Source: the human T2T-CHM13v2.0 reference genome, Homo sapiens. Taken from it: a DNA stretch of 64,000 nucleotides. A program made the translations under genes and the position numbers. Shown here piece by piece: positions 1 to 19,558 of the stretch (position 1 is the stretch's first letter; every line of letters begins with the position of its first letter). Location of the stretch: assembly GCF_009914755.1 (NCBI RefSeq), contig NC_060934.1; one strand, given 5' to 3'. Below the pieces are notes generated by a model that was given only the letters and a program-made list of their open reading frames with translations, ran no database searches and had not been told where the DNA came from.

Positions 1-719
1 GATTTAGGAGGAGATCTTGAATAATGTTAGATTTAGGGCAATTTTGTCATGTATATTCCTTAAACTGTTTATAAATTTTACTGTTTACTCTTTATTAGTT
101 TACTATATAACTGGCAAAAACCATCATAATTTTAAAATCACATGGAATTATATTACCCATACCAGTAAGACTATACATCTGTTCTTAGGAATAAGTAATA
201 GTCCTTAGATTTGTCTAGTTTAGTTCTCTTCTGTTGTCTTCATATAATGACAGTGATTTGTTCTTTGTTCCCTGAACCAATCATGATACTTCCCAGATCT
301 CCTTTTGCTTTGTAAATGAATATGCCCCAACTTGGTGAATAGGATGGTGTAGGAGTAACATCAGCAAGTAGGTGGCATTTAGAAAAGCTACCAGAAGGGT
401 AATAAGGGTGAAAGAAAATGAATTGAAAGGGTTTAAATGAATCTTAAGATCTTAAGTAGTGGCGTGGCCTGTTGAAAAATTGGGGAAATGACTAGGAATC
501 CAGAACATTTTCCACTGAATGCCAGGGTGCCAAGTAGAATTGCTTTATGTGCTAATGGTAAGAAAACTGCATCCATAAATTTTAGGAACTTGAATGGAAA
601 GCTGACACCATCACTGTCATCATTGTCAATGTTGTTATTGCTAGTGGTCATATGGAGGTTATATATGTGCTAGGCAATTTTTAAGCAGTTTCTTAATCAC
701 ATGTTTAATCTTTTACAAT

Positions 720-1205
720 AGGGGACCTTAACATAAAACATTTTTTATGCTAAAACTCCTTTGGTGGTCTGGTTAAGCCTATGGGTTCCTTCTCAGAATG
801 TTTTTGAAAGAATAAAACAAAATATATAGGATTAGAAATGAAACCAATTATATTGAAGTACAGCTATCAAAATATTAAAAGCCTAAAATAGTAATATGAA
901 CTTTAACACATTAAAATACAAGATTTATCAGTTGGCCTGATAACATTTAGCTCATTGTAATTTGAAATTAGTTATTTCGGGATCTCTACAGCTGTAAAGT
1001 AATATGAAAATTTCTGGTTGCTATACTCATTTCTAATTGCTGTGCTGCTAATATTACTGTGGTTTGCTTGCACTCATTATTGAAGAAAAGCTACATTTTA
1101 TTTAGAGCTTAGCAAAAATAAACGTGATGGTTTTTCTCCCCTCATTCAGATTTACCGATCCCCACCCCCTAAGTTTTTCATGGACCCCAGATTAAGAACC
1201 CCTGC
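720..1205. mobile_element. hAT-Charlie family DNA transposon remnant
   Basis: Ends …ATGGACCCCAGATTAAGAACCCCTG, a Charlie-like TIR. Internal AAGCCTATGG…TTCTCAGAAT…GAAACCAATTATATTGAA. Confidence 0.55.
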
Positions 1206-1553
1206 TTTGCAACAACTCTGTGAAAGAGATTCTATCATTAAACCTATGTAGTTAGCAGGGGTTTGAACCCAGACAATCTGGCTCCAAAGTCCAGGTTCTT
1301 TAACCAGCTAGAATATCCTGAATTCGCATTATCTTTTTCCCCAAATTAATTTAACCTTGTTTCCTTAGGAAAAAATACCTTAAGCATTTTACTTATTGTT
1401 TAAAATTAAAAACCAAATAATTTAAAAATGTTTACAGTGAGCATAAAACAATTTGATTTCTATGTTACGGTGAGTTAAGAATATTTACAGGGCCAGGCAC
1501 GATGGCTCACACCGGTAATCCCAGCACTTTGGGAGGCCTAAGCAGGCAGATCA

Positions 1554-1802
<249 letters not shown>

Positions 1803-1830
1803 TCAGAAAAAAGGAAGGAAGAATGGCTAG

Positions 1831-1990
1831 AGCAGAAGTTTTCAAACTTTCGGGATCATGATCACCTGATGGGCTTATTGAAACAAAGTGCTGGGTACCC
1901 CCAGAGTTTCTGATTCTGTAGGTCTGGGGCAAGGCCTAAAGATTTGCATTTCTAATGAGTCCCCAGGTGATGCTTATGCATCACACTGAG
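1831..1990. mobile_element. MER5A
   Basis: CCCAGAGTTTCTGATTCTGTAGGTCTGGGG…TTTGCATTTCTAA…CCCAGGTGATGC signature. Confidence 0.8.
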
Positions 1991-2369
1991 GACTGAGTTC
2001 TGAGAGAGTCAGAGGATTGGAGAAAACAAGAGGAAAAATAGATGTAAGGAGAAACTCTTAGTTTGGTCAGAAATTACAACTTCCTTTTTCCTTGGGTATG
2101 GACTTTGAGTGTTTTGGTTTTGACTAATAATTAATTGGCTATTTTCCATTTCAAAAGACAAAACCAAAAACTAGTCCCATCTACTCAGGAGGCGGAGGTG
2201 GGAGGATCACTGGAGCCCAGGAGGTCCAGGCTGCAGTGAGCCGTGATTGTGCCACTGCAGTCTCACCTGAGCAACAGAGTGAGACCCTGTCTCAAAAATA
2301 ATAAAAACTCTTTAGAGTTTACATTCTATGATTGTACTGAGGCCATCTCTTAGTACCCAACACAGTAAC

Positions 2370-2860
2370 AAGATCATTTTGGTTGCACATGATGCAATGC
2401 GAATTGGTTAAGTCAAAAACCCAAAAATCTACTGCTTTATGTGAGTTAACAGTACAAGAATATATTTAGCTTTAGGCACAGCACATCTTGATCCATGTCT
2501 CAATGCCGTCAGTTTCCACCTTCACTTCTTCTGGATTCTTAAGGCTCCACTTAGTTGGTGGCTCTCCTGTCAGCAATAGCCTCACATTCTCTGCTTCTAA
2601 GCCCAGAAGAAGAGAGAAAGTCTGTATACCACTTTTCCCAGCAAAAGTTCTGAGGTTCACTAAGACCAGCTTTATGGACCCAGCCTCCCAATGATGTAGT
2701 CTGGAAGATAGGCTACAGCGGCCAATCTGAGTGTTTCTGGGGTTGGTTATGGTATTCACTGCCTAAACCACACACACGGCTAATGTTGGAGGGAAGAGCG
2801 ATTTTCCATAGAAAGCATGGGATACTATTTACTCCTAGAAGGTAGAAGGACTTGTGTTGT
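2370..2860. mobile_element. Old MaLR LTR (MLT1-type) remnant
   Basis: Degenerate TTGGTTGCA…, …CAGCAATAGCCTCACATTCTC…CCCAGCAAAAGTTCTGAG motifs resemble MLT1J/K. Confidence 0.5.
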
Positions 2861-3088
2861 ATGTACATTAAACATCAAATTTCTACTGTCCCCTCCATTC
2901 CAAGATGTTGAGAAATTATAAATGAATCATTTTCAAATAGCTCTTCTCCATCTTAAAAGGAAGGGGGTAGAGAATTGGGGAATAAATCGTTGAAGTAGAT
3001 TAATTACATAGAGTGGGAGGGGTAGGGTATGGAGAAGCAAAAAGGGAAAGCATAATTATAAGACCTTCCCAGGTGATGTTCCTGGTCA

Positions 3089-3514
<426 letters not shown>

Positions 3515-3537
3515 TCATAAAATAAGGAAAGAAAACA

Positions 3538-3539
<2 letters not shown>

Positions 3540-3577
<38 letters not shown>

Positions 3578-3592
3578 CATGCACGCACGTGC
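3540..3592 (+). repeat. (TG)n microsatellite running into a mixed purine-pyrimidine alternation
   Basis: (GT)16 at 3541-3572 followed by GCGTGCATGCACGCACGTGC. Confidence 0.95.
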
Positions 3593-4142
3593 CCTCCCCT
3601 CCTTTTTTTTAGCCCTTAAGACTAGTCACACTCTTATATGCTGATATCGGCCTAAAGACATTTGTGTGACCATTTTTACATGCTTTAATTTCCCCTTTGC
3701 CCAGTCCTCATTTCATAGACTGCTATTCTTTCCATACTAGGTAGATTAAATTTAAACAACTAGTAAGATAGCAAATCAGTTAATAAATTCTTTAGAACTT
3801 AACATATTTGGCCAGGCACAGTGGCTCACGCCCAAAACTTTGGGAATCCAAGGCAGGAGAATTGCTTGAGCCCAGGAGTTTGAGACTGGTCTAGGCAACA
3901 TAAGGAGATCCTGTCTCTAAAAAAAAATTTTTTTTTTAATTAGCTGTGTGTGGCCAGGCGCAGTGGGTCATGCCTGTAATCCCAGCATTTGGGAGCCTGA
4001 GGTGGGCAGATCACTTGAGGTAAGGAGTTCAAGACCAGCCTAGCCAGCATGGTGAAACCCTATCTCTACTAAAAATACAAAAACTAGCTGGGCATGGTGG
4101 CGGGCACCCTGTAATCCTACTACTTGGGAGGCGGAGGCATGA

Positions 4143-4927
<785 letters not shown>

Positions 4928-5016
4928 CTGCTATTTCAACTGAAAGCCTAACTCCTGATAAGTACCCACTCTGAATCATCATTCAGCTATCTTATTTACC
5001 ATAGTTGTGAAATTAA

Positions 5017-5298
<282 letters not shown>

Positions 5299-7491
5299 TG
5301 ATCCGCCCGCTTCAGCCTCCCAAAGTGCTGGGATTACAGGCTTAAGCCACGGCACCCGGCCAAGTGCATGCTTTAAATGTCAGTTCTAAAAAGTAAATCT
5401 GTACAAGTATTTAGGACTGAAATATACTGATGCCTGCAACTTTGAAATGCAGCAAAAAATAAGAATAATGAATGGATGTGTGAGAAAGCAAATATAGCAG
5501 AATAAGAATTATAGAATCTAAATGTTGGGTATATGGGTAGTCACTGAACAGTTTTTAACTTTTTTTGGAAAGTTTGAAATTTTTCATAATAAAATGTTTG
5601 GGAAAAATAAACCTTATCTAGAATTTATAAGGAATATAATAGCTACACAAGTATTCTCATTAGATCAAAATATGAAATTTGACCTATCTTTTCTGTAAGT
5701 CAGAAACAGATTAATGTAGACTATTTCAGTTGGTTCAACCTAGTCCTAACATTGTATTTTATTTTTCTGATGACTGAAATTGGATTAATTTAAAATGTGA
5801 TTCACCATAATACTGATTAATTATGCTGATGTAGCTATTCTTATTTACGTTTGTGTTAAGAAAGTATGAGACTAAAGAGTCTCTAAATATTCTGCCAGTA
5901 TTTTGTTGCTAAAATGATACATTCCATTTCCTAGATGTATACAAATATGTCCACAAAATTACCTCAGTTGTGGGGAAAAATATATACTAACAACATCTTA
6001 ACCAGCCTGTGTGCTAGTATACTTACCAATTGAAATTTTATGCAAAAATCATAGGTTAGAACCCAGTCCTACTATGGGTAGTCTTGGTGGTTGCACAACA
6101 GTATGAATATACTTACTGCCACTGAATTATACACCTAAAAAATGGCTAAAATGGTAGATTTTATGCTATGTCTATTTGACGATAAAATTTTTTAAAAAAG
6201 AACAAAGTATTTTTGGACAACCATAAGACAATGTGAAGGCCCAGACAGCTTAGCTAAAGTGGGTCAAAAGGGTCAGAATGCTAAACAAATGCTACCTACG
6301 TTCTAATTTTACTTAGATCTTATGAAACCTGACTGAATTTGAAAGCTGAATAAAACAACTATTTTGGATATTGATGCCCTGGATTCAGTTCAACTTTTTT
6401 TCTGTTCTAATTGAAAAATTGTAATTGGAGCACACAATTGAAATTCATGTTGTTCCACAAGGACTGGAGAACCTCACCCATCTATAATACCTGAGTATAT
6501 AGTCTTTCCCACTGAGCATAGTTAAGCTAGTTGTTCTGACAGAAGCCACTTATCCAATTAATTAAAAAGTGCACAGTAGGTAACATGCTTTAATTAGCAG
6601 TTGTTTCCACTTGTACAAGTTCTAATGGAGGGGAGGAGCGAAGGGTCTCATTGAATTGAACTGTATTTGCCCTGATGGAAATCGATGTCAAAACTTGTGT
6701 TAATTGGGAGAAAAACTGAGGAATTACAACCTAATTCCACAAGAAAAAATTACAATTCATGAAGTACCCTTAAAAGCAAAGTGGGAAAATGTTTTAAAAT
6801 TACCGATCTCAATAGAATTTTATTTTTATTAATATAAGCACCCCAGACTTGATACTTCTAGATTTCAGATTTCAAGCATACACGCCCAAATTTATCATAT
6901 TGCTATTCTAAAAAAAAAAATCTTGATATATTTATCTCCTTTGTGCTTTTTTGAAAATGTAATATTGTTTTCTCTCATGTTTATACTTTACCGGAAAGAA
7001 AAATGGGTTTTTTTTTCCTCAGCTGAAAAATGGAATGAGACTGTATGTGAAATCACTCGTGTAATACTTTGTTTTTCCAAGTTCAAGGGATTGGTGGTGG
7101 TGAACTGGGGAGAACACTGAATTTAATATATTACTGTGCTTACTATTCCTCAAAGAATTATTAGGTCTTATAACAAAAACAACTTGAGGTTTGTCTCCTT
7201 GCACTCTGGTTCATTAGAGAAGGTGAAGAATTACTGAAAAGATAGAGGAGATTACATAAAAACAAAGTTCAGAAAACATAAGTTCTGTAGAGGAAGACAA
7301 GGAAAAACAGAAAAAGTAGAAACTGCTCTAGTGGGAATGTATTGGTTGTTTTGTCTCCTTAGTCTTTTAATATAGGACAGAGATTCTGTAATATAACATA
7401 GCAGGCTCATCCCATTAAGTAAGAGCTGCAGTATAGAGGAGGCTGGAGTCCTAAAGATATAAATGTCATCCTTTTCTCTTTTAATTTACAG

Positions 7492-7694
7492 AAGTTGCTG
7501 GGTTTGTTTTGCTACTGATGAAGATGATAGAACAGCTGAATGGGTGAGACCATGCAGGTGCAGAGGATCTACAAAATGGGTTCACCAGGCCTGTCTACAA
7601 CGCTGGGTGGATGAAAAGCAAAGAGGAAACAGTACAGCCAGAGTGGCATGTCCTCAGTGCAATGCTGAATACCTAATAGTTTTTCCAAAATTGG
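7492..7694 (+). CDS. MARCHF5: MARCHF5 coding exon 2 (RING-CH/RINGv domain)
   Basis: Translates SCWVCFATDEDDRTAEWVRPCRCRGSTKWVHQACLQRWVDEKQRGNSTARVACPQCNAEYLIVFPKL, a C4HC3 RING-CH matching MARCH5. Acceptor ttttaatttacAG (7490-7491), donor G|GTAAGA at 7695; 203 nt. Confidence 0.98.
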
Positions 7695-9310
7695 GTAAGA
7701 ATATCTTTAAAAACAACACAGATATAGTTGATGTTATTATATATAACTTTATAAGTTCATTTTAAAATGAACCACCTCTTTTTTTTAGGGTGTGAATTTC
7801 TATATTCCCTTTCTCTTGTTTCCTCTCTGAATGTCAGACATTTATTTCTTTTGCTAACAGTTTACAGTATCCTTAATATATCCCCAAATTTATCCATTTG
7901 CCTGTGTATTAACTGTCTGTTTGATAGAAAGGAGAAAGAACTTGCATACCTGTGTGGATATAATTGAATAACAAAGCTCTAATAAAAAGCTGACTTTTAA
8001 AAAAAAAACTAACTTAGCTTAATTATCTGGAGACGGTGTAAGAGAAAGAAAGCAGTAGTATGTTCTAATACTTCTCCTTAATTCTTCCTTTTAAGGAATA
8101 AAAGTAGAGAAATTAAATATTTAATAAGATGTGACGTTAAACTCATCTTTGGAATCCAATTTATGTGGTTTCTTTCATGAACCCTGCTATCCCTTTTCTG
8201 TGAAGTGGCAGGTAAGAAATAACCAAAGATCTTTGAGAACAGGCCTAGCATGGAAAAAAAGTATAGCAGACTGCTTACAAGAAGCATTCTAAGGCTGCTT
8301 CTTTAGCAGCAGTATAACTAAGGCTGATATTTAGTGAGCCTGTTCCATTACAGCCATACAGTTATAAATTGGTGTCAATCTCTTGGTTTGGTGTTTATAC
8401 CATGCCAGTTGTTAAACATTTTTTTATAACCCTTGACTGTAACCAAGAGGTATAGGAAGGCAGCTTGGGTTCTGGGAAGGTCATAAGGAAAGAATGTCTT
8501 TGGGGGCAGAGGGAATTCAGGAAAAATTGGAAATAATTATTATATATATTGTTTTTTATAAGTGCTATTCATACTGAAATCAGACCAATGTTTTTGAAAA
8601 TGTGGCAACATAAATGCAGATAATGAAGTGCTTTTCTAATATGAGAAGATTAATAATAAGGGCAAACAAAATGTCCTTGGTTCTCTGTTTTTCTCTAACA
8701 TGCACAGGAAGAAATGATAGCTTCCTTTGAAGGGGAAGTAGTGTAGTAGAGAAAGTAGTGTTTTCAAACATTTGGAATTTGTGGACCATGTGATGGGTCT
8801 TCAGTGCATACCACTGATTTTAGATAAACACAAAAGAATAATTCAAAATGTTTTTATTGTAAGATCAAAGAAGTATTTTTAAATCAGTATCAGGAAAAGC
8901 AATGATTGTTCACATTATTGTACCACCACATGAATGGTGAAAGACTCACTAAAGTCCAAGTTAAGGTTTCATATTTAACTGATTTCTTTTCTTGCTCTTA
9001 GTTGTACTAAATTAGATAGCCCCACCTTTGAATTATAGAGTTGGGAAGAGCAACAATTAAATATTTCTATTAGATGTTTTAGATATTCAAATGGACACAA
9101 AAATTATTACAAGAATTCTCACTGAAAACTACATCAAGTTGACAAGTGTATGGCACTCGAAAGCAAAGTTGAGTATTTTAATTTTGGAGATGGCAATGTG
9201 TAGATCTGTCCTTTTGGTTGAATTCAGTTCTAGGAAATATGTTTTCAGGTTTAGTGCAGTAATTGAATATGGTTTTAAGTCTACCTAGTTGTTAGAAAAG
9301 AGTAAATCTT

Positions 9311-11151
<1,841 letters not shown>

Positions 11152-12794
11152 TCAAACTCCTGGGCTCAAGCAATCCACCTACCTTGGCCTCCCAAAGTGC
11201 TAGGATCACAGGCATGAGCCACTGTGTGCCCAGCCTGCCGCTGCATTCTTAACATGCTGAAGATACCTATTCAAGGGCTGCAATTTTAATTATATTCACA
11301 ATTTTCCATGCAGTTATTAACAATGACTCAAGCCAGCTGTTGTCTGTAAATGAAGCCATGTGTGAATTGGCTTTCAGGTGGTGGGCTCTTCATTGCTGCA
11401 CACAAAGCTAGTGCTCTAGCTATGCTGATTCCAGCACAACTTTTCAATTCAAGTTTCAAAAATAATTGTTGGTTAAAAGAAAATATCTTCTTCTAAAACT
11501 TTTAAAAAGTTGCTTGTATTTCTTGATTAACATGTTACATTCGTATATACTAAGAGTTGATTCGTACTCTGTACGCTAGTGGCTTCATGCAGCCATTAAA
11601 CAAAATACTTAAGAGCCTGCATCTGTGATAATAATTGTTCTTCCTCTCTGTATAACACACGTAGCACGTAATGTCCGATAGTGTCATCTGATGATAGAAT
11701 TTTGCCAGTAGATTGTTTTGTTTCTGTCTGAGCACATTTGTCATTAATTTTGCAGCTGACAGTAGTTGAATCTGTTTTGTTAAAAGAAGTACCTTTGACT
11801 ATTATTTTGATCTTTTAATGACAGAATTCATAGTGGAGGCTTTGGTTGGTTTACTGGAGTTGTTGAAAATGATATGAACACTTCAGTGGCTTCTTGTCCC
11901 TATTTAATAATGTATCACAATACGGTGGGAACAAGGATGTCTCCTAGTACAGTGTTATCACTCCTAGTTCACTGGTCACAGCTCATTCTAAGATCAGTCT
12001 TCACTATAAAATCATACTATTATCATTTATGGCATTCTGAGTTAAATGTATTTTTCACTTTTACTCTTTTGAACCATTGATTCATTTCCCTAAATTTGGG
12101 ATTTAACACAATATGATAGTAACAATAAAATACATATTTAACCAATGTAAACAACTCACATGATGTGGAAGTATGTTAGCCCTTTCCTTTTCATTTTCCT
12201 TATTATGATAGTGTTTTCTTAACTTACCCTAGTAGAGCTTGGGTGATCCTTAGAATGTAACAGCAATAAAGAACCTAAAAGGATTTCTGTGAAAGTCATA
12301 ATCTCCTCAAATTTGTGAAATATTTGTGATCAAAACTTTTATCACTTTTTTCTCAAACTGTCTGTAGACCAAATAGATTGCCAGGGACTGCCATTGGTCC
12401 CCAAAGACACTTGATAAACACTGACTAGAAGAAGGAATAAAAGAAGATACAGAGAGGGAAAGGTGATGATGGTTAATATTCTATGGGATGATCTCTATGC
12501 AGCAGATTTTGTGTTTTTTTTTTAACTTTTCAAATGAATTTAGCCCCAGTCTGGATGATGCTAGCTGGCCAATTCTGCATCTTTTCTGGTACTTAGTCAT
12601 GGCAGGAATGAAGAGGTAATATAAGTGTATGTTCTTCATTGTTAATAGGGAGTTACTTATTGTACTCAGTTGTGAAAAACTTAAGAGGATTCGTCAGAGT
12701 TTTATCCTTCTCACTGTTTGCCACCCATGTTACAGTTTGCTTTTTTCTTTTTTTCTGGTGAGCCAAGCCAGTTGTATGTATGTACCTACTTAAA

Positions 12795-13285
<491 letters not shown>

Positions 13286-13615
13286 TAAAACATGAAAGGA
13301 ATACCAACTGAAAAAAGTTTGTTTTATAAATAAAACCTGTCCATAAACTTTGAGACCTGGTAATAACCTTGTTCAGGCAGAAGAATTCAGAGGAGAGCAT
13401 CTCAAAGGTAGAGAGATCTTGACTCCCAAGGGACTGATTCACACTAGATTTATTTTCTTTTATTATTATTATTTTTTGAGACGGATCTCGCACTGTCATC
13501 TAGGCTAGAGTGCAGTGGTGCGAAGTTGGCTCACTGCAACCTCTGCCTCCTGGGTTCAAGCAGTTTCTCCTGCCTCGGCCTCCCTGGGATTACAGACATG
13601 CGCCAGCACGCCTGA

Positions 13616-13810
<195 letters not shown>

Positions 13811-14077
13811 TAGTTTTTAAATTTGTTTCTAAATATTTTGTTCTTTTTGATACATTGTGTAAATGGAATTGTTTTCTTAACTTTGTTTTTAGATTGTTTA
13901 AGTATGTAGAATACAATTTTTGTTTTCTGTCTTGGAACACAATCAGCAACAATTGATTTTTGTAAATTGACCTTGTATCCTGTGACCTTGCTGAACTTGC
14001 TTAATAATTTGGATACTTCTTGATGGATTCCTTAGGATTTTCTAATATAAGATCATGTCATTGTTGAACAGAAATAG

Positions 14078-14354
<277 letters not shown>

Positions 14355-15377
14355 TAAGCCTCCCAAAGTGCTGGGATTACAGGTGTGAGCCACCATGCCT
14401 GGCCCAATGTGAATCATTTATTTCATTTTCTTGGCTAATTGCCCTGGTTATAACCTTTAGTGCAGTATTAAATAGAAGTGATGAAAGCAGATATCCTTGG
14501 CTGGGAGCCGTGGCTCATACCTGTAATCCCAGCACTTTGGGAGGCTGAGGCAGGCAGATTGCTTGAGTGCAGGAGTTTGAAACCAGCCTCGGCAACATAG
14601 CAAAACTCCATCTCTACTAAAAATACAAAAAATTAGCCAGGTCTAAGAGCACACCTATAGTCCCAGCTACTCAGGAGGCTGAGGCGCTAGAATCACTTGA
14701 ACCCGAGAGGCGGAGGTTTCAGTGTATCAAGAGAATGCCACTGGACTCCAGCCTGGGCAACTGGAGTGAGACCCTGTCTCAAAAAAAAAAAAAAAATGGC
14801 TAGGGGCCCACAACTGTAATCCCAGCATTTTGGGAGGACAAGGCAGGCAGATTGCTTGAGCCCAGGAGTTCGAGACCAGCCTGGGGAACATGGCAAAACC
14901 CAGTCTCCACAAAAAAATACAGAAAATTAGCCAGGTATGGTGGTGTGCACCTGGGGTCGCAGCTACAAACAATAAAGGGAGAGAGAAAGAACGGAAAAAA
15001 AAAAAACAGACATCCTTATCTTGTTCTTGTTCTTAGGGGGAAATCATCCAATCTTTTCTTTTTTTTCTAAGATGGAATCTCACTCTTGTCTCCCAGGCTG
15101 GAGTGCAGTGGCACAATCTCGGCTCACTGCAACCTCTGCCTACTGCAGAGGTTGGTACACGTGATTCTCCTGCCTCGGCCTCCCAAGTAGCTGGAATTAC
15201 AGGCACCCACCACCAAGCCTGGCTAATTTTTGTATTTTTAGTAGAGTTGGGGTTTCACCATGTTGGCCAGGCTGGTCTCAAACTCCTGACCTCAGGTGAT
15301 CCACCCGCCTCGGCCTCCTAAAGTGCTGGGATTACAGGCGTGAGCCGCTGTGCCTGACGACTTTTCACCGTTAACTA

Positions 15378-17588
<2,211 letters not shown>

Positions 17589-18298
17589 TGTTAACTGGGT
17601 TTTTCAGAGATGGCCTTTATCAGGTTGAGGATGTCCCATCTATTTGTAGTTTGTTGAGGGCTTTTGTCATGAAAAAGTGTTGGGTTTTGTCAAATGCTGT
17701 TTCTCTGTCTATTGATAATCATGTGAGTATTGTTCTGTATTCTAATAATATGGCATATTGGTTGATTTTCATATTAGACTCGCCTGGGGTTCCTGGGATA
17801 AGTTCTACTTGGTCATGTTTGCTAGTACTTTGTTGGGAACTTTTGTGTCTGTACTCATAATGGGTATTGGTCTGTAGTTCTTTTGTGACATCTTTGGTTT
17901 TGGTGCTGGAATCATACTGGCTCATAGGATAAGTTGGGAAGTGATCCCTCCTTTATGTTTTTTAAAAGAGTTTGTGAAGGATTGGTGTTTTAAATGTTTG
18001 GGAGCAGTGAAGCCATTTGGTCCTGGGCTTTTCTTCATGGAAAATGTTTTAATTACTAATTCAATCTCATTACTTACAGGTCTATTCAGATTTTCTATTT
18101 CTTCTTGAATTAGTTTTGATAGTTTGTATCATACAAATTTGTCCATTTCATGTATATTATCTAATTTGTTGGCATATAGTTATTTATAGTATTTTTTAAT
18201 AATCCTTTTCATTTCTGTAAGATTGGTAGTAATGCCCCTTCCTTAATTCATGATTTTAGTCATTTGAATCTTCTCTTTTTTTCTGGTCAGTCTAGCTA

Positions 18299-18508
<210 letters not shown>

Positions 18509-19081
18509 TCACTTGAACCCAGGAGGCGAAGGTTTCAGTGAGCCGAGATCACACCACTGCACTCCAGCCTGGGCAACAAGAGCGAAACTCCGTCTCAAAA
18601 AAAAAAAAAAAAAAAAAAAAAAAAGATTTGTCAGAGTTTTTTCTTTCTATTCTTGCATTCTCTGTTTCATTTTTATCCACCCTAATATTTATGTCCTTTC
18701 TTCCTTCTGCTTGATTTGGGTTTAGTTTGCTTTTCTCCTTTTAGTTTCTTAAGGTAGAAGATTAGTTGACTTGGGATCTTTCTTTTTGTCCTTTTTTTTT
18801 TTTTTTTTTGAGACAGGGCCTCACTCTGTCAAACATGCTGGGATGCAGTGGCACAATCTCAGCTTGCTGTAACCTTGACTTCCTGGGCTCAAGTGATCCT
18901 CCCACCTCAGCCTCCCAAGTAGCTGGGACTGCAGGTGCTCATCACCATACCCAGCTAGTTTTTGTATTTTTTTTTTTTTTTATAGTGACAGGGTTTTGCC
19001 ATGTTGTCCAGGCTGGTCTCATACTCCTGAGCTCAAGTAATCAGCCCAGCTAGGCCTCCCAAAGTGCACCATCACATCTAG

Positions 19082-19308
<227 letters not shown>

Positions 19309-19409
19309 TGATCTCTTGACCTCGTGATCCACCCACCTTGGCCTCCCAAAGTGCTGGGATTACAGGCGTGAGCCACCGGTCCCCAGCCACCTTCTTTATT
19401 CTTTTTCAG

Positions 19410-19558
19410 TCTTGCCATGTTGCTCAGGCTGGAGTGCAGTAGCTGTTAACAGGTGCAGTCATAGTACACTGCAGCCTTGAACTCATGGGCTCAAGTGATC
19501 TTCCTGCGTCAGTATCCTGGTTAGCTGGGAGTACAGGTGTATGCCACTGCACCCAGCC
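19410..19558 (-). mobile_element. FAM-like fossil Alu monomer
   Basis: Monomer retaining the 7SL-like segment GCAGTAGCTGTTAACAGGTGCAGTCATAG. Confidence 0.6.

Noticed and set aside
2472-2759. 95-aa minus-strand ORF that looked like a possible processed pseudogene
   Set aside because: No recognisable protein, poly(A) tail or TSD; the DNA resembles an MLT1 LTR.
7463-7491. ATG at 7463 as the MARCHF5 start
   Set aside because: It lies at the intron 1 polypyrimidine tract. The real N-terminus is on exon 1, upstream of the window.
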